The notes below the pieces were generated by a model. That model made no database searches. It saw only the letters and a list, made by a program, of their open reading frames with translations, and had not been told where the DNA came from. Shown one piece after another: positions 24,259 through 35,381 of a stretch of DNA of 64,000 nucleotides (within the stretch, counting starts at the first letter, position 1; every line of letters starts with the position of its first letter). This DNA comes from Histomonas meleagridis 2922-C6/04-290x (taxonomy: Eukaryota > Protista > Parabasalia). The position numbers were made by a program, and so were the translations under genes. The stretch is from positions 93,443-157,442 of the forward strand of contig JAANOX010000228.1 of NCBI GenBank assembly GCA_020184695.1, read 5' to 3'.

Positions 24259-24563
24259 TAAAAAATTTTTTGTTTTGCTTCAAATCGAAAATATGAAATT
24301 TCCTTTTGGAGACTGTATAACTTTCTGTTTTAACTTAAATGGAATGTGATTTTTTACATAGAAATGAGAAAATCAAAAATAGAAATAATAACACTTTTGA
24401 GTAAAGTATACAATATGGTTTGATCGTTCAATAAACTTTTTATATACTTTATATATAATTATTGTCGAATGAATCAATTTCACTTCAAAATGATTGGGAA
24501 ACATTTGTGTGTTATATTTATTATGCAGCATTTTTTGGATCAATTAAATGATTTAAATATTTA

Positions 24564-25110
24564 ATGTTAAATAATGCATTTCTTATCTTTACGGGTGAAT
24601 ATGCAGTTGCAGGTGGAAATATTGAAATATTTTATATATGTGATCGTTCAGTGATTGTAAATGGATATGAAATAGCAATTAAATTCCATAGAAATGACAT
24701 CTTTAAAGATGAAAATAAATTAAGTAAAGTCGAAAATTTCGGTGAATTAGGAAAGTTATGTATTTTATATCATAGTTTTAACATATTTAGAAGAAGAAGG
24801 TATGAAAATTACTGATACCATTATTAATGAAGCAGCAAGAAATGGGAATATGTTTCTTACCAAATATTTCCTTCAAAATCATCAAACTCCAAAAGATATT
24901 ATATATTTTGTTTTTTTCGCGGAATCAGCAAATACTGAACTCGTCAAATATTTTAATAGAACAAAAAGGATGTAATATTAGTAATGATAGATATGTTTCA
25001 AAATAAGATTAAATGGCAATTATTCAAAATATTTGAAACAGCACTTATGAAAGCTGCTGAAAATGGTAACACAGAAGTAGTAAAATTACTTCTTTATTAC
25101 CTTATGCTTT
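24564..25110 (+). pseudogene. ankyrin-repeat locus ANK-1 (degraded) with AT-rich spacer ~24988-25034
   Basis: EYAVAGGNIEI, EAARNGNMFL and ETALMKAAENGNTEVVKLLL lie in broken frames. Confidence 0.65.
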
Positions 25111-25625
25111 TTTGATGAAATATTATTTTTTCTTTACTCAGTGATTCATGTTCATTTCATAAAATGAAGAAAAGACTTTCTCGAAATATAAAGAAAATCA
25201 TTAAATATTGCAAAATATTCAACAAATTATTTTTAATTCAGCAACTCAATGCATTTATATAAGTACATTTAATTCTTTGAATATGTTGATTAGAGGAAGA
25301 AAGATTTCTAAAAGAATGGATATTTATTTATTTCATGCCAGTCATTTTATTTTTGCCATGAAGTAGAGCAATAGAAGTAAATTTGCTTCCTCAAACAGTT
25401 TTTTAATTTGTGACAAAACTGGAATGTTTTGTCACTTCCCGCTTTTTGAATTATTTTTGATCGGTATAGAAACACTAACACATTCGTTTTTCTGTTATAC
25501 ACAATAAAAATTCAAATGGAAAATCTTTGTTTTTCTATGATAAACTTCTTTTTCCATTGATTTTTTTGAAAGGATACTTGGTTGAACAACAACGTTTCTG
25601 AGCAAAATTTTGATTCATATTTTTC

Positions 25626-26975
25626 ATGATTACCGAAGTAACATATAAAATTTCCAGACCGATTAATGTTCCTCAAGCTCCATTTGATATGTTTTCATAT
25701 CAAACAAAAAATTTACCACAAGCTTCAGTATTAAATATTCAAGATCAATCAATATGTTCAATTATTAAAAATTTAAGTATTAAAAATAATTTATCAACAC
25801 GAAAAAATGCATTTCTTGAAATGATAAAAGCAGTACAAAAAACATCAGATCAGCGAATGTTTTATTTAATGATTAAACCAATTTGCTCGATTTTCAATCA
25901 AGAAGTCACTGACTTTTATCAAGAAGCTCGACTACTTTCTTTAAAATTAATTGATCAAGTATTTACTCGAATTAAAAAAATCAAAAATTCAAATGACCTT
26001 TTAGTATCAATATCAAAATTAATTTACCCTCCACTTTTAATTCTTTCATATGATAGTGATTTTGAAGTTTCTAAAGCAGCCAAAGACATTTTTGTTGGAT
26101 TTTTCCCAACATCAGAAATCCAAAATTCTGTTATCTCAAAAATGCGCCGTGAAATTTCTCTTTGCCTTAAATCTGTATTTAACGAATTAAAGAGTCCTGA
26201 TTGGCCTCTTTCGGAGAAAGATAAAAATGATAATTGGGAACGAGTTTGTACTGCAGCATTAGAATTAGCTAATCATGTACTTACTGCATGTCATTTTTCG
26301 AAATATGTCTATACATCCTTTGGTGAAATTCCATTAGTTCAATGGATGAAACTAAAGAATGGACATTTCGAACCAAATGTAACACCAACAATGCGAAGTG
26401 CAGCTTATTCACTTATCGGCTTTGGTATTCAATGCGATTTGATCCGACTAAACGGCCCCAAGGAAATTGTGGAGTTTATTTCAGCCGATACGTCACCAAT
26501 TTCACAAATGAAACTTATAGAGTTAACAAAGATTTTAATACAAAAGAAACTTGTAGACGTCAAAGACATTCAAGATGCATTATTAAAATCATATGAATTA
26601 TTTTATGAACCTGAAATGATAAATTTAAATTCATTACTTATCTTAATAAAAGATTCGGAATTTATAGAAAAATCATTAACAAAAGTTGCATTATTTAAAG
26701 ATTTAAATACAGCATCCAAATTATTTGATTGTATTTTTAAATCAGAACCAAATATTTCCACAAATTTCTTGATCGAATTATTAAAAAATTCCATTTCGTT
26801 AACTCCGATATCAAATTTTTATTCACATTGTAATCTTAAATATTTTGTAGCATTAAAAGATAATGAAAACATTGATGAAATATTAAAAGAAGGAAATGAA
26901 TTACGCGTAATTGAGTATTTAAATTTAATTGATAAAAAGCATACAATCATTTGGCTAAAGTCACATCTAAGTTAA
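25626..26975 (+). CDS. Listerin/LTN1 N-terminal-like HEAT protein, no RING domain
   Basis: KNLSIKNNLSTRKNAF..D..ARLLSL..PPLLILSYDSDFEVSKAA resembles the LTN1 N-terminal domain. Confidence 0.5.
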   Translation: MITEVTYKISRPINVPQAPFDMFSYQTKNLPQASVLNIQDQSICSIIKNLSIKNNLSTRKNAFLEMIKAVQKTSDQRMFYLMIKPICSIFNQEVTDFYQEARLLSLKLIDQVFTRIKKIKNSNDLLVSISKLIYPPLLILSYDSDFEVSKAAKDIFVGFFPTSEIQNSVISKMRREISLCLKSVFNELKSPDWPLSEKDKNDNWERVCTAALELANHVLTACHFSKYVYTSFGEIPLVQWMKLKNGHFEPNVTPTMRSAAYSLIGFGIQCDLIRLNGPKEIVEFISADTSPISQMKLIELTKILIQKKLVDVKDIQDALLKSYELFYEPEMINLNSLLILIKDSEFIEKSLTKVALFKDLNTASKLFDCIFKSEPNISTNFLIELLKNSISLTPISNFYSHCNLKYFVALKDNENIDEILKEGNELRVIEYLNLIDKKHTIIWLKSHLS

Positions 26976-27902
26976 GTTTCTTTATCTGCTTAGTGATGAA
27001 AAAAAAGAGAAATAAGTAAAAATTATATTTCTTTAAAAAATTTTTAAATTTCTAATTCATGTCCATTTAATGCTCTTTGATTTTGTCCATTACCAACATC
27101 CCTAAACCCAACAAATATGAACCGTAATTGAATTGCTGTTGGTGGCCTTGCAAGGCTAAATGCATTTTTCTGTTTCTTTCAATAATTTATGGTAAATTAA
27201 TATTTTAGTTTTGTCAATTAGTGCTTGTTCTTTTTGTGCAACCCTATCAGCAATGTCGCTTTGTTGTTCAGGGAAAATTGAGCTTAAATCAAAAGTAAAA
27301 GAGAGCGATGCAACCTTTTGCCCATATTTTTGGATAATATTGTTATATTATATTATAGTTAAACTATAGAAATGAGTTCACTTTTGTTTCAAAAAAGAGG
27401 CCCTTTAGGGTCCGACCAGATATGTATTGAAAGCGTTTTTGCATAGAATATAAACTCCTCTAAAATATGATAATATATTTTTACACATATCAAAAGAAAT
27501 GTCGAAATATAACTATTCATTTATATGGCAAAATAAAATTGATATTTATTTTATATTATCTGATTTAATCGATTAGGAATATATTTACGAATGATATTCG
27601 ACGTATTCCGATTTATCGTTTTTTGTATTATTTATTTGTCTTCTCGTTATTACCCATCAATGATCATTTAATTTGGATGAAAAAAATGGTTGACAGGGAA
27701 TTCAGAAGTCATTCAAATCATTGAATTTTAAAAAAAAAAAATGGGCAAAAAATATCCCTTGCATTCAATATTCTCAAACTTTGTTATTTGAGTGATTATT
27801 ATATGAAAATATTATTAAAATTTGAAATTTTAAAAAACAATTTGAGTAAAATATTTATTTAGAGTCATATTAAAAATTGATATTTTATTTTCTATTTTAT
27901 AC

Positions 27903-28630
27903 ATGCAGTCCTTAAATATTTATTTAGAAAAGGAAGGTCTGAAAATTGATTCCATTATTGAAGATGTTGCATTAAATGGCAATACTTTTTTGATGAAATA
28001 TGTCGAAAATATACAAATTCCAAATGCAATTTTAACATATTCAGTTAAATCAGGAAATATAGAAATAGTAAAATTACTTTTAGATAAAGGAATTGATGTT
28101 AAGGCAAAAACTATTCATTTGAATAATTTAGAATATGTTTTAATAATTTTTTATATGTTTTAATAATTTAAAATATGTTTTAATAATTTAAAATATGTTT
28201 TAATAATTTAAAATATGTTTTAATAATTTAAAATATGTTTTAATAATTTAAAATATGTTTTAATAATTTGAAATATGTTTTAATAATTTGAAATATGTTT
28301 TAATAATTTAGAATAAGTTTTAATAATTTGAAATATGTTTTAATAATTTGGAATATGTTTTAATAATTTAATATATGTTTTAATAATTTGGAATATGTTT
28401 TAATAATTTGAAATATGTTTTAATAATTTGAAATATGTTTTAATAATTTGAAACAGCACTTCATATAGCAGTTAGAAATAATAATATAGAAATAGTAAAA
28501 TTACTATTAGAACAAAAAGATGTTAAATTTAAAGAAAAAGTAAATTATTTGAGATATTTTATATTTATGTCAATATCTTAAAGGCGCTTTATTAATTGCT
28601 TCAGAAAATGGTTACGTTGAAATAGTCAAT
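27903..28630 (+). pseudogene. ankyrin-repeat locus ANK-2 with interrupted repeats
   Basis: SVKSGNIEIVKLLLDKGIDVKAKT / spacer / ETALHIAVRNNNIEIVKLLLEQK / spacer / LIASENGYVEIV. Confidence 0.7.
28121..28450 (+). repeat. 20-bp minisatellite x16.5 (TAATAATTTRAAATATGTTT)
   Basis: Exact 20-nt periodicity with point variants and no spacers. Confidence 0.95.
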
Positions 28631-29351
28631 TTTTTAAATCATTTAATTAGGAGTCATTGATAAACTCATTCAACATTATTTGGTTCTGATGATAAAAAAA
28701 AAGTGATTATTGTTAAATAATTGAAACATTTGATATTTTTTGAATTTTGAACCAATAAAAGTTATGAGACATCAAATTTGGTGTTATCTTTTGTGAATCA
28801 TTGAACTCTATCTAATTAGATAAACCTTTTAGATTTAAATGAAATTTTTCACAATCCAAAATGTAAGATTTTTGTAAATATGATTTGGGTTCTGTATTTT
28901 TATTATTGCATCGAATACATTATATTTCTGTAGGTTCTCATAAGAGATTTAATGGAATCTTCTAAAGTTATTGGCTCTGAATGAAGGAGTAATCTCTTTT
29001 ATCAGTTATCAAAAAGTGTTTTGAAGCAAAAAATTATCATAAGGGTTTCTGCCCTTTCATTTTCTGGTAAAACAACAAATGCAAAAAAACTGGCAAAAAA
29101 ATAAGTGTAGAATTTTTTAGCATTCCATTACATTTCGAAAGTTCTTGTTTAAAAATATTTTCGCAATGGTTACAAAGCATTGAGTTGCACAACATAAGAC
29201 AAATTAAATAAATAAAATATAACGTTTACAAATCGTTAAAATTATTGACGATAATTTCCTTATTAATTCTTTTTGTGAAAATCGATTATTTTAATATATA
29301 CAAAAATAAATTATAAATTTTATTAACATATACATCATAATGCATTTCAAA

Positions 29352-30026
29352 TTATCCACCAAGCGTGGAGAAGCCAATCGAAATGATCTTCTTATAACTT
29401 GGTAGGACTGCTTGGCAAATAGAAATCCCAACAGATATCAAAGAAGCTGTTACTGCGCCAACTGTAGCTCTTTTAATTGACTTCCGAGCAATTTCTTCGG
29501 TATCTGTATTGGTAAATAATTTCATGGCAGCTGGATATATTGTCAATGAAGAAATAAAAGTAGAACCATAAGCTCTGCCAAGAACAACTCCTAGTGTTGT
29601 CATGAAGCTTTCGCTTGGTATATAACCATAATATTTGGATAATGTTGATATTATCCCTTTACCGATTTGATATGAATTTTCAACAGCAATTTCTGATTTG
29701 AGTCCATTGAATATTTGGGGAAAATTTTTAGGATCTGTGTATTGCCTGATGTAAAAGATATCAATCGGAACATTAGGATCTTTTCGTGAATCATATTGCT
29801 TTTTTAAGTTCCTCTTTGCCACAGTAAAAATTGATCTAGAAGTTCCAATTAAACATCCTCTTACTGCTGTTTCAGCAATTTTTTTCATTAAATCGCCCTG
29901 TAAAATTTTTCTTTTTCCGTATTTTAGATAACTTTGTCTTACTGATTCGAAGGCGGGTCTAAGGAGTGAATCATATAGTTCAGAAGTGTATGGTTCCACA
30001 TTCACCAAATGAAACTTTTCTTCCAT
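29352..30026 (-). CDS. hypothetical protein
   Basis: 224-aa ATG-started ORF with hydrophobic, Gly-rich C-terminal helices. Confidence 0.6.
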   Translation of the reverse strand: MEEKFHLVNVEPYTSELYDSLLRPAFESVRQSYLKYGKRKILQGDLMKKIAETAVRGCLIGTSRSIFTVAKRNLKKQYDSRKDPNVPIDIFYIRQYTDPKNFPQIFNGLKSEIAVENSYQIGKGIISTLSKYYGYIPSESFMTTLGVVLGRAYGSTFISSLTIYPAAMKLFTNTDTEEIARKSIKRATVGAVTASLISVGISICQAVLPSYKKIISIGFSTLGG

Positions 30027-30580
30027 CGATTTTAGGTTTTGATAAAGTTTTCAAAATTCTACAAAGCCGTTGAGGAACCAAACAAAACTCGTTTATTCAT
30101 TTAAAATTCAAACAAAGTTCGTCATTTGTGTTGGGATTTACTCAAGAACTACAAACCATTTTTTAAATTTTTTTATTATATAAAGATTTTAACCCAACAA
30201 TTGCTATTTTGTCAATCAGTTTCGAAGTATTTAGTTATGAGTGATATCCAAAAGAAGTAAAAATAAATTATTTAAGTTGGGCATTAAATCGGAAAACTTT
30301 GGAAATTTATGTTTTCATGTGAAATTTGTATCATGTATTGCCTCAAGTATAGTTTTAATGGAAACAATGGTATATAGCAAAAATTTCAAAAATTATGATG
30401 CAAGAAATGAGAATTAGAAATATTTCTCTTGATACTGAATTATTTAATTCTTTTGTTTTTTTTTAGGCAAATAATAATATTAGTTCTTATTTATGAAATT
30501 TTTCTTATTTATAGGGATAAATAAGCTTTGGAAGACATTTAATAGATTAAAAAAAAATTAAATGAAACTAAATAAACAAG

Positions 30581-30917
30581 TATAGACTGCGATGAAAAAT
30601 CTGTGGACCAACACCTTATTATAACCCACGTCTACACTGTAGCATTATTCATAGAGAACATATATAGTAATATATATTTAATAATTTTTTTCGATTTAAT
30701 TTTGTAATTTTTGCAATATTCCTATTTTCACTCACTTCACTAAGGAGAACGATGAAAAAAAATCTTTTTTCTAGATTTTCATTTACATATTTTAATTAAT
30801 TCATATTTTTGGGGCTGAACATATGTTAAAATTTCTATTTTCTAGCAAATTTTTTTAAAATTAATGATTTATGTAGAATTTTGTTGTCGGTCTACATGTT
30901 TTTCACGGCAGTCTATA
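30581..30917. mobile_element. MITE-like element, 33-bp imperfect TIRs, TA(TA) ends
   Basis: 30581-30613 TATAGACTGCGATGAAAAATCTGTGGACCAACA against the reverse complement of 30885-30917 matches at 27/33. No ORF inside. Confidence 0.7.
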
Positions 30918-30964
30918 AAAATAATGTGAAAATGAAACCCAATTTTTACTGATAAATAGCTATT

Positions 30965-32289
30965 TATAGCGTGTGGATGATTTTCTTTACACATTCTTTG
31001 AAATATAATAATAAGATTGCCTCAAAATAATAATTGGAACAATGCCTCCAACAGCAATAGGAGTTGTATAACTTTTATTCCAATTATTTTACTTCTATTT
31101 CCATTACTTTCAGTATTTGTGTAACTAATTGTATTTGTGTAAGTAATTGTATTTGTTATTGTTTCTTGTGTGCATTCAGGCATTGATGAAACTTTAGTCA
31201 CGTTTACTTCTCCAAATGTTGTACCATTGTATGATTCCAATACGTAAACTTTTACTGGACTTTCGAATAAAATATCATTGCGTGGTTCTTGTTCACAATA
31301 TAAATAAACACATCTCAAACTCACACATCTAATAAACGGCAATGACATATATTTGATACCTTTTCCCAAAGAAATTGTTGTTAAATTTGTACAATAGAGA
31401 AATGCTTCAGAATATATCTCAACTACTGAATCAGGAATATCAATATTAACTAATGAATAACAATAAGCAAATGCAGATTCATAAATTATATTCACGTTAT
31501 TCCTATGATAACTGTTTCTAATTTATTACAATTCATAAATAAAGTGCTATCTATTATATCAAGTGGTTGAGGAAGAATTATTTTTTGTAATGAAATACAT
31601 GAAAGAAATGCACTATAAAGAATTCTTTTAATATGATCAGTTAAATTAATGTTAGTTAATTTATAACAATTTTGAAATGAATTTCCACCAATTTCAACAA
31701 ATGATTCTTGGAATGTTATACTTGTCAATGATTCGCATTGGAAAAAAGAGCCTCTTTCAGTTTTTGTTAGATTTTTTCCAAATATAATATTTTCTAACTT
31801 AGTGCAACCACCAAATACCCATTCTCCAATCGAAGTAATTGAATCAGATATTGTGAAATTAACAAGCGAACTACATGAATTAAATGCATTCTTATCAATT
31901 GTCTTTGTTTTATGACTATATATAACTTCAATTAATTTGGTACAGTTATAAAATATTTCTACAGGAAAACTTGTTATAACTGCATTAATATTAACTTTCT
32001 GTAAATTAGAACAATTATAAAATGCATTTCTTTCAAATGATACAAAATTCCCATTTATAGTAACTTCTTCTAATGAAGAACAATTCTTAAATGTAAAATC
32101 ACCTATTGTAAGATTGGAACTAGATATAATTAATCTCATCAATGAGATGCAATTATGAAATGCATAATGTTTTATTGAAATTATGGTATCAGGAATGTTG
32201 ATAAATAAATACAATAATAAACGGTTTCTATAGATATGATGATCCCGAAATTTTTCTTGTGGGCTTAAGGGCAAGCCATAAACATGCAT
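30965..32289 (-). pseudogene. BspA-like LRR surface protein, frameshifted
   Basis: Multiple LRR_5 units (IPDTIISIKHYAFHNCISL, ITSIGEWVFGGCTKL). A -1 shift lies at ~31495, with further shifts in the TM-coding segment (~31020-31070). Confidence 0.8.
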
Positions 32290-32544
32290 AAACTAGATGG
32301 CTCAAATTGACCTATTTAGCTTTTTTCCCCTCCGCGGGGTATATCCATATTAAAAATTTTTAAGTGCATATCCCCCCCCCTCCCCAAAAAAAAGTACGTT
32401 TGGTATTGCAAAAATTAACTTCACAAAAACTGGAGATGGATTGTTGGAATATTTGGCATGATAAATTGAATTGATTTAGTTGACATAAATAATATTTGTC
32501 AAATAATTCAGAAAAATTAACGGTTTGGTCGGCCTTTCTGCCCG

Positions 32545-33387
32545 ATGTCTGCAAAGATCATCAAGAACTCATCTTACTTTTCACGCTACCAAACCCCATT
32601 CCGCAGGAGGCGTGAATGCAAGACTGATTACGTTCAACGTTCATCTTTGATCCAACAAGACAAAACAAAGTATGGCGCAAAGAAATATCGTCTTGTTGCT
32701 CGTATCACAAACACAAAGGTCATCGCTCAAATCGTTTATGCAGAACTTGATCATGATGTAACAATGGCCCAAGCCCAATCAACTGAACTTGTTAAGTATG
32801 GAATCAAGCTTGGTCTTGCTAACTATCCAGCAGCTTATTGCACAGGTTTACTTGTTGCTCGTAGACTTCTTAAGAAGCTTGGCCTTGATGAAATCTTCAA
32901 GACAGCCGTTAATCCTGAAGAAGAAGATGAAGATGCTCGCCGCCCATTCAAAGTTCTCCTTGATGTTGGTCTTCGTCGTACAACCACAGGTGCACGTGTT
33001 TTCGGTGTTATGAAAGGTGCTGTTGATGGTGGATTATTTGTTCCACATAGCGACACTCGTATTGCTGGTGGTGAAAAGGAAAAGAAGCAAAGGTACTTCA
33101 TCCTTGGTGGTCATATTGTTGATTACATGAAGAAACTTAAGTCCGAAAATGAAGATGCCTACAAGAGACAATTCTCCCGCTATATCAAAGAAGGAATTGC
33201 CCCAGAAAATCTTGAAAAGATCTACACAGAAGCCCACAAAGCCATCCGCGCTAACCCAGATCCAGCTCCAAAGGCAACAACACATTACCAACTCAAGAAG
33301 CCACATGCAAAGAGACTTTCACCAGAAGAACGTAAGAGACTCCTTAATGAGCGCCTTGCTGCTGCTGGCCTTCCACCACGTAACTAA
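32545..33387 (+). CDS. RPL5: 60S ribosomal protein L5 (uL18)
   Basis: YFSRYQTPFRRRRECKTDY, NYPAAYCTGLLVARR and GARVFGVMKGAVDGGL. Confidence 0.98.
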   Translation: MSAKIIKNSSYFSRYQTPFRRRRECKTDYVQRSSLIQQDKTKYGAKKYRLVARITNTKVIAQIVYAELDHDVTMAQAQSTELVKYGIKLGLANYPAAYCTGLLVARRLLKKLGLDEIFKTAVNPEEEDEDARRPFKVLLDVGLRRTTTGARVFGVMKGAVDGGLFVPHSDTRIAGGEKEKKQRYFILGGHIVDYMKKLKSENEDAYKRQFSRYIKEGIAPENLEKIYTEAHKAIRANPDPAPKATTHYQLKKPHAKRLSPEERKRLLNERLAAAGLPPRN

Positions 33388-33710
33388 ATAAAGTTACATT
33401 TTGACCACTTTTTCAAATATTTACATTTCGGTGAACTGTGATTTTGAAGAAAACAATTTCTGAAATCACCAAAGTTTTCGTTATTTTGCTCATTAGCACT
33501 TATTTATTCGGTACCTTCAGCATGCTGTTGCAAAGTCTTTTTTGATTTCATTTTTAAATTTATGATCATTGTTTGAATATTCAAAAAATTACTTGGTTAT
33601 ACATGCACGCGTGGGCAACAAATGTAGAATGAAAACAATTAATCAACTTCAACTTGTTACATCAAATTGATTTCAAAAATATAAGTTCAATTCAAAACAA
33701 AAAACAAAAT

Positions 33711-34529
33711 TCACTTGAGCATATCCTTTATGTTATTTCCCATGCGTTTAACTCTAGCTAAAACGCCTGGTTTTGAGTTGACATAGTCGATCGCTTCAAT
33801 GAGTTGGCCCTTAGTTTCAGAAAAGAACCCTTTGTTCTTACTAACAAACTCACTGATACGGCTCAGCATCAAGTTTAGGTCCGAAACAGGTGTTTCCTTG
33901 AGGACTTCACTGACTTTTGGTGCGAATTGCTTGAGAGTATCTGGCTTGTCAACGTTGTTAACAAGAGCTAAAAGGAGGCCAAGAGCATGTGGTTGGAACT
34001 CTTTCTTCTCGAATCCTCTTGTCATGATAAATAAAATATCATCTGCATAATTCTCAAAACGAATAATTCGGAGGCTTATGCTACCTGCAAGAACAACAAG
34101 AGCACCGAAGTTCACTGCAGCACGACCTGCACTGATCAATTTTGGAACATAATCGTTCCATTCACCACGAAACAGGTATTTGGCAGCTACACCTGGTATA
34201 ACTGAAGCAAGGACAGATAAGTCGTTCTCATTGATATCACGTCTTTGAAGTGTTTCAAATAATGTGTCTTGAACCATTTTCTTAAAAGCACTATCGCCGA
34301 TTTTAGATATATCAAAAACTACTTTTTCCGAAAGTGCTTTAAGTTGAAGGAAAGAAGAAGCAGTAGTTTCATGGAATGGGTTTGTTTTGAAGTTTTGCAT
34401 TATAAGTGTGATGTATAATTGAGGAGTGCGAATCCTAACATCATCAAGTTGCTTTTCTGCCTTTGAGGCAACAGCTTGGTTATCATCGATTGATTGCTTG
34501 ATAAGTTCTTGGTATTGTTGAAGATTCAT
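33711..34529 (-). CDS. HEAT/importin-beta N-terminal-like helical protein
   Basis: Helical repeat-like sequence starting ELIKQSIDDNQAVASKAEKQL. First ATG is at 34529. Confidence 0.5.
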   Translation of the reverse strand: MNLQQYQELIKQSIDDNQAVASKAEKQLDDVRIRTPQLYITLIMQNFKTNPFHETTASSFLQLKALSEKVVFDISKIGDSAFKKMVQDTLFETLQRRDINENDLSVLASVIPGVAAKYLFRGEWNDYVPKLISAGRAAVNFGALVVLAGSISLRIIRFENYADDILFIMTRGFEKKEFQPHALGLLLALVNNVDKPDTLKQFAPKVSEVLKETPVSDLNLMLSRISEFVSKNKGFFSETKGQLIEAIDYVNSKPGVLARVKRMGNNIKDMLK

Positions 34530-35074
34530 TTTTGAACTTTCGGACAAAATCAAATGTCACCTAACATTTTAACGGTCGAATAAAATCTTTTATCATCATT
34601 TTCTCTTGAAATAAAACACAAAAAAAATATTTGTATTATGCCTGCAATTTAAGTATACTTGTGTAACACAAGTAAAAAATTCATAGTTTGATATTATTTA
34701 AATGATATAAAATAATTGATCAATTATCATTACAGACTTATTTTCTTTTTACATCAAAGCAATTACTCAAAATCAGCAATTTATATCCATAAATCGATTC
34801 AGTTGAAAGAAATTTTCTAGCAGAATTTTAAGTGATTCCAAAACACTTAAGTTTTTGAATATAAATCCGATGATTTTTCATCGATTTGATTCTATCGTTG
34901 ACTAACCACTTTAAAAATTTGATTTATTGTAACAATCAAAGGAAATTATTCCTTCAACAATCAATAAAAAATTCAGCCATTTATTAGGCTGTGTCTATTT
35001 AGTTGCAATGAAAGAATTTCTTTCATTCTTAAGAAAGGTAATTATTCTTTCCTTCAACAGAACATTAATTAAAA

Positions 35075-35255
35075 TGCGTCACCACTCCTTGGGTGTGCAA
35101 GAAGGAGGGTAACAACCATCATCAAGCGGTGCTTGAATGATGAAATAATAAATTCGTTTGAACAGGGCGCCCGGCACGTACCGAGCGAACCGCTGTCAAG
35201 CGATTCAGAACAGATACTACACTTATTCATAGCGAATCGCCATGAGTGCAACAAT
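35075..35255 (-). ncRNA. U2: U2 spliceosomal snRNA
   Basis: Contains AAGTGTAGTATCTGTTCT (branch-point recognition region, GTAGTA at 35220-35215). Stem I is CATGGCG-ATT-CGCTATG, IIa is GAATCGC/GCGGTTC, IIb and stem III (CATCATTCAAGC/GCTTGATGATG) are present, and stem IV carries a TTGCAC loop. Ends approximate. Confidence 0.93.
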
Positions 35256-35381
35256 AATAAAGTTATTTTTTTACATCGTTATAACTACTGATTTTAACTG
35301 CAACAAAATTTATCACATAACCGACTTCTGACACTTTTGAATAAATTCAATGTTTCGAAACCGTTTACCGCCCACCAAAAA

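Noticed and set aside
27040-27350. Broken minus-strand coding-like fragment
   Set aside because: It has no start, contains an internal stop or shift and matches no recognisable family, so it is too weak to call.
28121-28450. Possible CRISPR array
   Set aside because: The 20-mers are contiguous with no unique spacers, there are no cas genes, and the context is eukaryotic.
28540-28583. GT..AG 44-nt intron reading of the second ANK-2 spacer
   Set aside because: It has no CTAAC branch point, and splicing would delete conserved linker residues of the ankyrin repeat.
35069-35254. 61-aa ORF, and a C/D-box snoRNA reading on the plus strand
   Set aside because: The region is fully explained by the U2 snRNA on the minus strand.
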